Below are positions 9,595 through 19,048 of a stretch of 64,000 nucleotides of DNA, piece after piece. The stretch comes from Planctomycetaceae bacterium. Its GTDB lineage: Bacteria > Planctomycetota > Planctomycetia > Pirellulales > Pirellulaceae. Each line of letters starts with the position of its first letter. Position 1 is the stretch's first letter. A program made the translations under genes and the position numbers. The notes beneath the pieces were generated by a model. The model saw nothing but the letters and a program-made list of their open reading frames with translations, did not search any database and was not told the DNA's origin. Where the stretch lies: NCBI GenBank assembly GCA_024638965.1, contig JAHEJI010000288.1, forward strand, positions 2,995-66,994, given 5' to 3'.

Positions 9595-10246
9595 CATGAC
9601 GATTCTTAATCCAACTAGCGTCGTACTTGCAGATGATCACGAGATGGTACGTGAATCTCTGGCTCGCGTCCTGGACTCCAGCGGCACGATCGTTGTCAAA
9701 GCACAGGCCGGGAATGGGACGGAGATGCTCGACATGGTTGCCCAGCATCGGCCAGACTGCTTGGTCATGGATTACTCGATGCCCGATCACAACGCGCCCG
9801 AAGCAATTTCGCAGTTAATTGAAGAGATCCCGTCACTTAAAATACTTGTGCTCACGGTCCACGAAAACGTTCATTATGCTGTGCGCACTCTTGAAGCGGG
9901 TGCACAAGGTTATCTGATAAAATCAGCGGCGGTTGATGAGTTAGTAGAGGCCATTCGCACGGTTCATTCTGGCGATGTTTACATTTCCAAGAAAATCTCT
10001 CCCGAGGTATGGACTCAAATCCGTCGCCCGAAACGCGAGCGGGAGGGTTTGGAGTCGTTATCAAAGCGGGAATTTGACGTTTTGCGGATCTTGGGCTCTG
10101 GCATGACATTGCAGGATTGCGCCCAGCAGCTCGACGTCAGCAATAGCACCATTTCCACCTATCGCACGCGGATCCTCGAAAAGTTGCATCTCAACTCTAC
10201 GGCTGAGTTGATTCGGTACGCCATTGAACACGGCGTCGTCAACTAA
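9587..10246 (+). CDS. NarL/UvrY-family response regulator (REC + LuxR HTH)
   Basis: LADDHEMVR, MDYSMP, GYLIK, LSKREFDVL...STYRTRILEKL; overlaps the kinase stop. Confidence 0.93.
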   Translation: MADMTILNPTSVVLADDHEMVRESLARVLDSSGTIVVKAQAGNGTEMLDMVAQHRPDCLVMDYSMPDHNAPEAISQLIEEIPSLKILVLTVHENVHYAVRTLEAGAQGYLIKSAAVDELVEAIRTVHSGDVYISKKISPEVWTQIRRPKREREGLESLSKREFDVLRILGSGMTLQDCAQQLDVSNSTISTYRTRILEKLHLNSTAELIRYAIEHGVVN

Positions 10247-10308
10247 ACCATTGACCTCGTTGCCCGCAACTTACGGGTCAAATTCTCCGCCTCCCTATGG
10301 TTCAGATT

Positions 10309-10326
10309 TGTAGCGAAACAACGACA
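10309..10326. promoter_or_regulatory. Imperfect palindromic box TGTAG-N8-CGACA upstream of the DoxX/cytochrome pair
   Basis: tgtag cgaaacaa cgaca, with a further ccgaca half-site ~20 bp downstream. Confidence 0.4.
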
Positions 10327-10437
10327 GCCAGATTGATTTTGCGCCGACAGACGATCGATTTGCGGGCGAACATAATTGGGCTTGTTGTCTTTTGAATTTG
10401 ACTTTCTTTGGAGTGCCCCATTGCACGGGGTGTGTTA

Positions 10438-10917
10438 ATGAATCCGCGACCTACTGAGTCTAAGTTTTCGTTTCACATTGTGCGGCTCGCATTGGGCGTG
10501 GTCTATTTCCACTTTGGGATACTCAAATTTTTTCCTGATTTAAGCCCGGCTGAAATGCTGGCCAGTCAAACCATCATGCGATTGACTTCGGGTTGGCTGG
10601 ACGCCTCGCAAGCGCTATTTTACTTGGCGATTTTGGAGTGCGCACTGGGGCTGGCAATGCTTTTTAACGTATTCATGCGAGCGGCATTCGTGCTGTTTTT
10701 GTTTCATATGATCGGCACGTTTGCGCCGTTATTTGTGCTTCCCGAACTGACGTTCAAGATTTCTCCGCTGGCGCCGACGATGGAGGGACAGTACATCTTG
10801 AAAAACATCGTATTTGTTGCCGCCGGATGGGCTGTATTCATACCCTACGTATTTCATCGACACCGGACTTCCGCTTCGGAACCCCAATGCTCCTCACTGC
10901 GGCCGGCTGAATCATAA
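10438..10917 (+). CDS. DoxX/DUF417-like membrane protein
   Basis: RLALGVVYFHFGILKFF...E...TMEGQYILKNIV pattern; about four hydrophobic helices. Confidence 0.75.
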   Translation: MNPRPTESKFSFHIVRLALGVVYFHFGILKFFPDLSPAEMLASQTIMRLTSGWLDASQALFYLAILECALGLAMLFNVFMRAAFVLFLFHMIGTFAPLFVLPELTFKISPLAPTMEGQYILKNIVFVAAGWAVFIPYVFHRHRTSASEPQCSSLRPAES

Positions 10918-10951
10918 TCTCGTCATCACGCTTGGGAATTAGGACATCAAA

Positions 10952-12562
10952 ATGAAACTGCGATCTGCTACAAAACTGGGAATCAACATTACGCTTGTCA
11001 TGCTGCTCGTCGGTTTTGGATTTGGCATCAACGCAAGTTACCAACACTACCAAGGCACCGGCCTCAGTCGACTACCGCAGAGACCGCTACCGGCATCGAA
11101 ACAACCCGCCACGTCGATCGGCATTTCCAAACCTTTGGCCTATGTTTCACTAACTAGTCCCGAGACACGGGAATCCTCGGCTACACGCGAGCACGAGTCG
11201 CGCTCAAACCCGTCGAGCCACCGTGTGATTGACGACTTGAAACTCTATCCGTCCGTTCAGAAGGGCATGCGGACTCCCTTTGACTTGTGGAATTATTACG
11301 GACGAGGAAAGACTTCATTTTCTTCGCCAGTTCTTCCGATGCGATTTGAACAGTGGTTGGATTTTCACAAGAAACAAAAACCGCATTTGATGGGCGATGT
11401 TCGCAGCTACATGCAAAGCCGATTTGATTTTTCGGGAGAGGCAATCTCAGGGCAGATGATGTCCGGCGGGCGCAAACCAATCATGGAAGGACCCGTGGCA
11501 CGATTGCCCGATGATATTTCATCTTTTGAAGCGTTGGCGGTTTTATCTCCCGAAGAAATTCGCCGCCGCGATCTTTTTCCTTACAAACCGCTGGCCCATC
11601 CAATACAAACGAATGCGCATATGTTGTTCCCGGAATCCTGGCTAATCGTCCACCCGGAGCACCGACGGATCGACGTGGACTTCGATATTCCGGACGAGTA
11701 TCTACCGGAATTTCCCCCGCCGTTGTTCCTGACGACGCACAAAGAACTCGGCGATGTAACGGGCGGTCGAGAAGTCACACTTGATAATTTTTTCGAGATC
11801 TTTGACGGGCTAATCACCCCGGAGCAAATGGAGGGTCTAAAAGAACTGCTGCGACCGTCTCCCACCACGTGGTTTAACCACACGAGCCATCGTTTGACGG
11901 AAAGCCCTTCGCAGGGCGTGTCCTGCTTGGACTGTCACGTCAACGGCCACACAAATGGGGCGATTGAATTGGCTCCCGACGCACGTCCGAATATGGCTCG
12001 GCTCCGAGTGGACACGCCAACGATGCGCGGCAATTACAACCTGATGCAATTATCGTCGAAACGGTCAGTTCGCAGCATGGATCATTTTTCTGAAATTGAG
12101 GAATACTTTGATGGTGACCCCGGCATGCAGCAAGCCATCGGCCCTCGTGCGGTCAAGCGCGAAGTCACCAATCGCATGGGTGATTTCAATGCGATCATCG
12201 ACTATCCGCCCGCCCCAAAACTGAACGCACTCGGACGGTTGATCAAGTCCAGGGCGACCGAGTCGGAACTGCGCGGCGAAGCCCTGTTTTTTGGCAAAGC
12301 CCATTGCGCTCAATGTCACAGCGGTCCCGCCTTTGTGGATGATTACATGCACGATCTCAAGGTGGAACGGTTCTATGTCGGTCGCCCCGAAGGCCCCATC
12401 AAGACATTCCCACTTCGCGGTATCAAAGACTCGCCTCCTTACCTACACGACGGACGTTGTCCAACGCTTCATGATACCGTGGAATTTTTTAATCTAGTCT
12501 TGGAGTTAAACCTGACGAAACAGGAGAAAGAAGATCTCGTGGCGTACATGCTCGCGTTGTAG
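10952..12562 (+). CDS. Exported di-heme cytochrome c, bCcP/MauG superfamily-like, function unknown
   Basis: N-terminal hydrophobic segment; CLDCH and CAQCH; DTPTMRG and KTFPLRGIKDSPPYLHDG motifs. Confidence 0.8.
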   Translation: MKLRSATKLGINITLVMLLVGFGFGINASYQHYQGTGLSRLPQRPLPASKQPATSIGISKPLAYVSLTSPETRESSATREHESRSNPSSHRVIDDLKLYPSVQKGMRTPFDLWNYYGRGKTSFSSPVLPMRFEQWLDFHKKQKPHLMGDVRSYMQSRFDFSGEAISGQMMSGGRKPIMEGPVARLPDDISSFEALAVLSPEEIRRRDLFPYKPLAHPIQTNAHMLFPESWLIVHPEHRRIDVDFDIPDEYLPEFPPPLFLTTHKELGDVTGGREVTLDNFFEIFDGLITPEQMEGLKELLRPSPTTWFNHTSHRLTESPSQGVSCLDCHVNGHTNGAIELAPDARPNMARLRVDTPTMRGNYNLMQLSSKRSVRSMDHFSEIEEYFDGDPGMQQAIGPRAVKREVTNRMGDFNAIIDYPPAPKLNALGRLIKSRATESELRGEALFFGKAHCAQCHSGPAFVDDYMHDLKVERFYVGRPEGPIKTFPLRGIKDSPPYLHDGRCPTLHDTVEFFNLVLELNLTKQEKEDLVAYMLAL

Positions 12563-12600
12563 ATCTTTACTTTCCAAGTTTCTGACGTGCTCGAGTCAAT

Positions 12601-13302
12601 TCAAGTCAAGACTCGTTCACAAAAACAACGCAATGCCGTTAACACACCATTTCGTTTTTCTTCGTTTGACATGAAATCTGACCTAGAGAGCTCAAGCTGT
12701 ACCCAAGGTCGGTTTCTGCCGTGATGTTGAGTGATGTATCCACCACTGAATGGCTTGTTCGTCGTAACTGACTCACCGAATGACTCGCGAAAGCACTCGG
12801 CAAGTGAATCTATCCATCCTTCTGGCAAAGATTCACCATGGAGATCGCCTAAGCAAACGTGCGGTCTTGGTTGGCCTGTATCTGGCCCAATTGGTGGGCC
12901 AGTGGCTACCATCGTATGGCAATCGACACATAGCCTGATGACCGTATCATCTACTCTGTGTATTCGTTCGTGATACGGTCGATAGTATCGATCGAGCAAT
13001 TGTTCAATCGTCGGTTTCAACAAGGGCTGATTGAAAATCGGTTCGTTCCAAATCGTATGAGTCTTGACTACTCCATCTGCTCGTCGATCATCTTGAGCAC
13101 GGTTTAAATCGACAATCGCTCGTGCTATATCCGTTGTAACGAAACGTTCGACGATTGCTTGAAGTGCATAAATTTCAGACGCACCCTCATCCCCATCCTT
13201 GATGATCTGATCAGGAGTAAGAATGCAGAACGGCTTAGCCTCTGGCGGAATTTGGAGACCGGCATGTGGAACGGAAAGAAGGATTGGCAGCTTTGTTTTC
13301 AT
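12601..13302 (-). CDS. N-formylglutamate amidohydrolase family protein
   Basis: SVPHAG, RAIVDLNR, YYRPYH, DCHTM, NKPFSGGYIT, QLELSR; ATGA-coupled to ggt. Confidence 0.88.
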   Translation of the reverse strand: MKTKLPILLSVPHAGLQIPPEAKPFCILTPDQIIKDGDEGASEIYALQAIVERFVTTDIARAIVDLNRAQDDRRADGVVKTHTIWNEPIFNQPLLKPTIEQLLDRYYRPYHERIHRVDDTVIRLCVDCHTMVATGPPIGPDTGQPRPHVCLGDLHGESLPEGWIDSLAECFRESFGESVTTNKPFSGGYITQHHGRNRPWVQLELSRSDFMSNEEKRNGVLTALRCFCERVLT

Positions 13303-14912
13303 GGCCCGGCAGCCGAGCCATCTCTTCGGGGATCGGCGACTCCAATGAACGTGTCTTTCTCAAACAGCACGAGCTGCACGCATCCAAGATAGAATGAAAA
13401 CGGGTCTCGCTGCTTAATCGTGAAGCCGCGGTGCTTGAGTGCTGTTGGAATGTCGTTTCGCATGCGGGTCATTTCAAGTGAGACTTCTCCATTGATCCGG
13501 CAGTGCATTCGTGGTGCAGAAACAGCATCGAGCGGCCCCATGTAATGGAGTCGCATCAAGACTTGCAAAATAGAGGGTGCAATTCGATCACTACCCGGCG
13601 AACCAATCGCAAGCCATGGTCGCCGACCGTGAAAGACGATGGTCGGTGCTACACTTGCCCAAGGAGCCGCATTCGGACGCATGTAATAAGGGTGAGTCAT
13701 GTCCTCGTATTCGAATGCTGACATGTAGTTGTTGTAAAGAAATCCCAATTCAGGAGATGCGGCACACGAGCCGAAAACTCGTTCAATCGACTGCGTCAAC
13801 GCGACAACATTCCCGAATTTGTCCATCGCCGATAAATGGGTTGTCTCTCCCTTGGTTTTGATCCGTTTCTTGATGATTCTTGCTACCTTTTCAGCGTAGT
13901 CTTTGTTCATCATTCGCTTGTCGTCGATTTGAGCGTAGAACGTTGGGTCATAAGGTCTATCCCGACGATCGAGAAACGCTCGGCGAATAACTTCGGCGAG
14001 GGCGACAGCTCCATCTGGTGTGTCCGGCGTATGCAGATCTTCCGGAATGTTCTCGTAGATATTGAGCATTTCCACCAAGGTGCGGCCCGCTCCCGGTGGT
14101 GGAAAGGTGATGACACGCAATCCTGCGAAATGGCAGGAGACAGGCTTGCGTTCAATCGGTTGCGGAATCTGAGCAAGGTCATCTTCGTGCAACAGCCCGT
14201 TGTTTTCCTGCATGTCTTTATGAATTTGGCGGGCAATCTGGCCTTGGTAGAAATCTTGGATGCCGTGCTTGGCCAGTCGCCCGAATGTTTTCGCAAGGAT
14301 CGGTTGAGTGAATACGGTTGCAATCGGATGCGGACGTGAACCATTCTTTAAAAACAAAGCGGATGCCGTACCGGACTTTAACGATTTCAACTCTCGTTTG
14401 GTTAGGCGGTTCTTGAGCGGACTGACAGGAAAACCATCTTTTGCGAGCTTGATAGACGGTTGGATCAACTGGCCCAATTCCATCGTGCCATATTCGCGAC
14501 GAGCATAGTCCAAGGTGGCCAACGTACTCGGAACAGTCGTTGCTCGGTGCCCTCGGATTCGCGTACTACTCTCTCGAAAGAGCTCAGCGTTAGCACGATT
14601 CGGAGCACGCGAAGACCCGTCTAGTGCAAATGTTCGGCGTGGCTCGGCAGTATGGATTAGCATCATGGTTTGCCCGCCAAGGCCTGAGGCGGCAGGCTCG
14701 CAAACGCCTAACGCCAAAGCTGCTGCAACCGCTGCATCGACTGCGTTTCCGCCTGCCTCCAAGATTTCGCGACCGGCGTCCGTAGCACAATGATGCTGAG
14801 TCGCGATCATCCCATTTCTTGAAGCTCCAATTCGTTGTGGTTCGACAACTTTCGAACCGCCAAGTTCGACTTGATCGGTATCAACAAGGATTTGGACTTT
14901 GTTTATCGGCAT
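13299..14912 (-). CDS. ggt: Gamma-glutamyltransferase family protein (cytoplasmic, no signal peptide seen)
   Basis: GGNAVDAAVA, SGLGG, autocleavage nucleophile ETTHLS, GSPGS, ADPRRDG. Confidence 0.9.
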   Translation of the reverse strand: MPINKVQILVDTDQVELGGSKVVEPQRIGASRNGMIATQHHCATDAGREILEAGGNAVDAAVAAALALGVCEPAASGLGGQTMMLIHTAEPRRTFALDGSSRAPNRANAELFRESSTRIRGHRATTVPSTLATLDYARREYGTMELGQLIQPSIKLAKDGFPVSPLKNRLTKRELKSLKSGTASALFLKNGSRPHPIATVFTQPILAKTFGRLAKHGIQDFYQGQIARQIHKDMQENNGLLHEDDLAQIPQPIERKPVSCHFAGLRVITFPPPGAGRTLVEMLNIYENIPEDLHTPDTPDGAVALAEVIRRAFLDRRDRPYDPTFYAQIDDKRMMNKDYAEKVARIIKKRIKTKGETTHLSAMDKFGNVVALTQSIERVFGSCAASPELGFLYNNYMSAFEYEDMTHPYYMRPNAAPWASVAPTIVFHGRRPWLAIGSPGSDRIAPSILQVLMRLHYMGPLDAVSAPRMHCRINGEVSLEMTRMRNDIPTALKHRGFTIKQRDPFSFYLGCVQLVLFEKDTFIGVADPRRDGSAAGP

Positions 14913-14927
14913 CTGTGAATTGCCATA

Positions 14928-17072
14928 TCAGGCCTGCTCATTCAAAAATTCGGCCAATAGTATTGTACGCTGAATCAAACTGATTCGATCTACGGACTCA
15001 TCGGGTGTGTAAATATTTCTGGCAACCGGCCCCATACCGCAAACCACGCCTGCGGTTGCCGGAACCAATCCCCCAACCGATGGCCAAACTGATGTTTCAC
15101 GTTTGAATCGTATCTCCCACTTTGAAGCAAGTTCCTCAAAGGTCTTGGCCAGTCGAGTTGTCGCTTTGCGTTCTTTCATCGGAGGCCGTTTAGACAGCAT
15201 CCGCACACTTGTTTTTACGCCTTTGCCATTAAGGAAGCCGCGTATTTGCTGCTCGACATCATCAGCAACGGCCTCATCTGGATAGCTCATCAGCAACGTT
15301 GCGGTTACCTGGTGTGGCAGCAACATTGGCAAATGAGCCGTATTGAAATCAATTGCAGCAACTGATATTCGGTCTTTTTTTGAAGACAATTCGAAACAAC
15401 TTTCGAGTTTTTCAAATGCCCATGGCAACACCTCGGTCCGCTTATTAGCTTTGCCAAGGCGAATGGGCGTACCTTCAAACTGCACCCGGTAGACGCGTTG
15501 GCCACGTCGAGTAGTGACGATGTAGTCACCGACATTCCCGGGCCTCAGGACGATTACATTCTTGGCTTTGGCAACAGCCTTTTCGATTACATTAGCACTA
15601 TAACGACAATCCCGTCCTTCGTCCGCGTAATAAAGAACACCAAACGGAATCTTCTTGAGCCGATTGACTCGCTTGAGAGCTCGCAATGAGGCCAACAACG
15701 AGACCAATGGGGCTCGCGACGTTCCTATTCCTTCCCCGTACAACCATTCCGGCTCACGGCGAAACATTTGTGTTGAAATGGCCGGTTCAATCGGAACATC
15801 AAGATGGCCGATCAACAACGTCCCATTTTCCAGACCTGCGGGTGACTCCCACGTCCAGGCGACTCGATCGTCAACCAACTCTTCAACCGGCTTAAGACCG
15901 AGCTTGGACAATTCCTTGTCCAATCGTTGGTGTGCATCTTCAACCCCTACCGGGTCGGACGTTCGACTGCGAACTTTGGTCCATGCAGATACCTCCTTCT
16001 CAATAACGTCACGTCGAGATGAAAGGTAGCTAAAAATGTTCTGGCTTGCATCCGCTTGTTTAGGTGCGACCTCCGGCGGACTTGGAATGCCGAAATACCG
16101 TGTCGCCGCAATATCGACCAAACGATTTACAAGTCCCGCGAAATCCAGGCCAACTGCCGCTGCACCTTGAACGTATGAACCATGCTCGCCAAGGCTTGGT
16201 AAACTATTTACTTCTAAGACGTAAAGGTTTCGCTGATCATCCAAACGCATGTCAACTCGAGCACAGTCATAGCAGCCAAGTTCGCGAAAGGCTCGTTTGG
16301 CGATGTCCTGTGCCTTGGCAGCTAGTTCTGCGTCGATATCGGCCGGACAGGCAACACCGATTTCCCTGCCGCTTCGACGGGTTTTGTCTTCCCACGTATA
16401 AATCTGTGGACCGTCCGTCCCAAAGAGAATCTCTGCTGGTGGCAATGCCTCAGTTGGGTTATTTCCAAGCAAGCCCACGTTGATTTCGCGTCCCGCAATG
16501 TAGCGTTCTGCCAGAACTGGCTGCTCAAACTCTTTGAAGATCACATCCGACCCGTCACGAAGCTCTTCCTCGTTGTTCACAATTCGAATGCCAAATGATA
16601 CAGCCTCGTTTTTCGGCTTTACGATCAGCGGGAATTCGAGTTCCGGCATTTCGAATTCCGACTGGTCCAAAACGGCAAAATCCGGGGTTGGGACACCTCG
16701 CTGGACAAAAATCATCTTGGAAACGACTTTATCCAACGCCAGCGAATGTGCCAAAGGCCCGGAACCGATGTAGGGTAGCCCGATCATTTCAAGCATTCCA
16801 GGCACGTGTGTATAGCGGGCTTGCCCCTGAATTCCGTAGGATAGATTGAAGACCATCCCGGGCCGTTCACCTTTGACGACTCGCGGCATGAATTCTTCAA
16901 GCCGGTCGATCAGGTCTTTGTCGCCTTCAAAAGCCGCTACTTGATGCCCGCCTTTTTTGAGGGCATCAGTGATGCGTTTAATAGCCTTGAGGCCGTATTT
17001 TTCGCGATTCGGCAAGCCAAACAGATTGATGACTCGCTGGCTATCGCGGTTGTAAACGATGGCAACTCGCAC
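14928..17072 (-). CDS. D-Ala-D-Ala-ligase-like ATP-grasp domain fused to a degenerate M20 peptidase-like domain
   Basis: DKVVSK, PLIVKPKNEAVSFGI, ERYIAGRE, RVDMR, LEVNSLP in the N-half; GHLDVP, LYGEG and YTPDE M20-fold remnants in the C-half; GTG start. Confidence 0.85.
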   Translation of the reverse strand: MRVAIVYNRDSQRVINLFGLPNREKYGLKAIKRITDALKKGGHQVAAFEGDKDLIDRLEEFMPRVVKGERPGMVFNLSYGIQGQARYTHVPGMLEMIGLPYIGSGPLAHSLALDKVVSKMIFVQRGVPTPDFAVLDQSEFEMPELEFPLIVKPKNEAVSFGIRIVNNEEELRDGSDVIFKEFEQPVLAERYIAGREINVGLLGNNPTEALPPAEILFGTDGPQIYTWEDKTRRSGREIGVACPADIDAELAAKAQDIAKRAFRELGCYDCARVDMRLDDQRNLYVLEVNSLPSLGEHGSYVQGAAAVGLDFAGLVNRLVDIAATRYFGIPSPPEVAPKQADASQNIFSYLSSRRDVIEKEVSAWTKVRSRTSDPVGVEDAHQRLDKELSKLGLKPVEELVDDRVAWTWESPAGLENGTLLIGHLDVPIEPAISTQMFRREPEWLYGEGIGTSRAPLVSLLASLRALKRVNRLKKIPFGVLYYADEGRDCRYSANVIEKAVAKAKNVIVLRPGNVGDYIVTTRRGQRVYRVQFEGTPIRLGKANKRTEVLPWAFEKLESCFELSSKKDRISVAAIDFNTAHLPMLLPHQVTATLLMSYPDEAVADDVEQQIRGFLNGKGVKTSVRMLSKRPPMKERKATTRLAKTFEELASKWEIRFKRETSVWPSVGGLVPATAGVVCGMGPVARNIYTPDESVDRISLIQRTILLAEFLNEQA

Positions 17073-17241
17073 GGCGTTCTACTCACGCTCTAATAGCACA
17101 GATTTAACAAGGGATAGATTGAGCGGAGCCATTGTATCTCTGGTTTGGGGATTGGGAAGTTCAACTTAGCAGCTTTTTTAGAAAAAGATGTCGCTTATGA
17201 TGACACCTTTTCAAGTAGGCACTCTTTCAAGTAGGCAAGAA

Positions 17242-18102
17242 ATGTTATCTGATGAACTGATTGAAAGAGTACGGACTCGCGCAGATGATCCAAAGCTGCG
17301 TAATGACTTGCCTCATTTACCCCCGTTTGAAAGCGAAAGATTCAATCTCAACCTAGGTAAGTTCGCGGCGAAATTTGAGTGCGGCCTTGGTCCGTCCGCC
17401 CCCCAATTGGCTAAACAGCAAAAAGTTTCTCGGCTTCCCAATCCGGTTTCTGCAGACGACATCGAGAGAGCCCAGAAAACACTTGGATTCCCGCTGCCTG
17501 ACGATCTCAAGCAATTGTTGACAGAAGTTGCTGATGGCGGATTTGGTCCAGGTTCCGGACTGGCAATGCTTCAAGAGGCGATCGAGTATTATCAGCACTT
17601 GATCGAGGATCCAAAACGTGAACTTGGCCAAACTTGGCCACCGCAGCTATTTCCCTTTAACTTTTGGGATCTTGGCGCGGACTGTTATGACTTGAACACA
17701 GGTGAAATTGTTTTCTGGGACGAGGAGTTACTAGCTGAGCGTCCAACTGAAACCGAGTGGAAAAACTCGTTTAGCAAACGAACGGACACCCTGAGCGCTT
17801 ATCTCGAGAATTGGCTCTCTCAGCCTGATGGGGGAGACAGTGGTTTCGATGCGGAGGTGCAAGAAATACTTAACACTGTTGATACTGCCGTTATTGAGGG
17901 AGTTGACGCGGCGCGACTTCTCATGCTCCTAAACAGTATCAAGGCTATGAGCGACGCTACGCCGGAGGAACTTGCTGTTTGGGGCTTACCAAAAGAAAAC
18001 TGGGAAGAGGCCCTTTGTAAACTCCAGGGGCTAGATCCAAAGATTTATCTGAAACTCATTAGGCGAACTTTGCGGGATCCGAAGTCCAACCAAGGTTCCT
18101 GA
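17242..18102 (+). CDS. SMI1/KNR4-family (SUKH) immunity-like protein with C-terminal extension
   Basis: PVSADDIERAQKTLGFPLPDDLKQLL...DGGFGP...GEIVFWD...TLSAYLENWL; start may be 17188. Confidence 0.75.
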   Translation: MLSDELIERVRTRADDPKLRNDLPHLPPFESERFNLNLGKFAAKFECGLGPSAPQLAKQQKVSRLPNPVSADDIERAQKTLGFPLPDDLKQLLTEVADGGFGPGSGLAMLQEAIEYYQHLIEDPKRELGQTWPPQLFPFNFWDLGADCYDLNTGEIVFWDEELLAERPTETEWKNSFSKRTDTLSAYLENWLSQPDGGDSGFDAEVQEILNTVDTAVIEGVDAARLLMLLNSIKAMSDATPEELAVWGLPKENWEEALCKLQGLDPKIYLKLIRRTLRDPKSNQGS

Positions 18103-18124
18103 CACTTTCCTGACACCTTTTTTA
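18092..18124 (+). repeat. Left copy of a ~32-bp imperfect inverted repeat (aaggttcctgacactttcctgacacctttttt)
   Basis: Matches the reverse complement of 19049-19080 at 29/32 positions. Confidence 0.7.
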
Positions 18125-18158
18125 CTAACACTACCGACCGGCAACTAGAAAGATTGCC

Positions 18159-18884
18159 ATGGAATTCCACAATACTTATGAAGACAAGCGCCGTGCCGCC
18201 GCCTATAACGAACTTGAGTTCGGCGGTACTTACGATCTCGTCTTTCGAAACCTGCCAAATTTGCTCAAGCAGCACACAAAAGGAACCCGCGCGGTGGACT
18301 TTGGCTGCGGAACCGGGCGGTCGACGAGATTCCTGCAACGCTTGGGGTACTCAACTATCGGTCTGGATATCTCAGACGAAATGGTCACCATTGCACGTCA
18401 GCGAGACCCGATAGGTACCTATCACGTTATCGAAGACGGCAATTTTCAAGAGTTGCCGGCTGGTGGTTTTGATCTCGTGCAATCGGCGTTTACCTTTGAC
18501 AACATTCCGGGTTTCGATCAAAAAGTGCGACTCTTTCGCGGACTCGGTAACTTGCTCGATAAAGACGGCACGCTTGCAAATATTGTGGCGACTCCCGAAA
18601 TTTACACGCACGAATGGGTCACCTTTTCCACGCGGGACTACCCGGAAAATCGGCACGCGCGTTGCGGCAACATCGTACGTATCGTGACAACCCAATATTC
18701 CGACTCGCGACCGGTAGAGGATATCTTCTGGCCGCATGAGGATTACCTACGGGTTTATCGGAAATCCGGTCTTGAGGTTGTGCAAACAGAACGCCCTTTG
18801 GCCGTGGGCAACGAGGGAGTAGTCTGGAAGTCTGAAACAAAGGTAGCGCCGTGGGCAATCTACTTGCTTAAGCGCTGCGATTAA
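18159..18884 (+). CDS. Class I SAM-dependent methyltransferase
   Basis: VDFGCGTG motif I, GLDIS, FDLV. Confidence 0.9.
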   Translation: MEFHNTYEDKRRAAAYNELEFGGTYDLVFRNLPNLLKQHTKGTRAVDFGCGTGRSTRFLQRLGYSTIGLDISDEMVTIARQRDPIGTYHVIEDGNFQELPAGGFDLVQSAFTFDNIPGFDQKVRLFRGLGNLLDKDGTLANIVATPEIYTHEWVTFSTRDYPENRHARCGNIVRIVTTQYSDSRPVEDIFWPHEDYLRVYRKSGLEVVQTERPLAVGNEGVVWKSETKVAPWAIYLLKRCD

Positions 18885-18916
18885 CCCTTGCGAAGTCGGA
18901 ACTTTCGACGGGGTCG

Positions 18917-18972
18917 GTCCACGCAGCGACAGTGATTATTTCCTCCTGCCTGAGCGGGTTCCAGATCGAACC
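18917..18972 (-). pseudogene. Degenerate fragment of the 3' end of the cytochrome c gene at 5239-5706
   Basis: 49/56 nt identical to 5261-5316; translates GSIWNPLRQEEIITVAAWT versus GSIWNPLTQEEANIVAAWT. Confidence 0.7.
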
Positions 18973-19048
18973 AGCTTTATCGTCGCTACTTCATTTAAGC
19001 CGCGGGCGGCGCACACGAAACGTCAAACGAATTGAGTTCAAACTAGTC

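Noticed and set aside
12601-13302. Histidine utilisation (hutG) operon
   Set aside because: No hutH/U/I/F in the window, so only the family assignment is kept.
14928-17072. Housekeeping D-Ala-D-Ala ligase (ddl)
   Set aside because: Fused to an M20-like domain, atypical N-terminus, and in an operon with ggt/amidohydrolase rather than mur genes.
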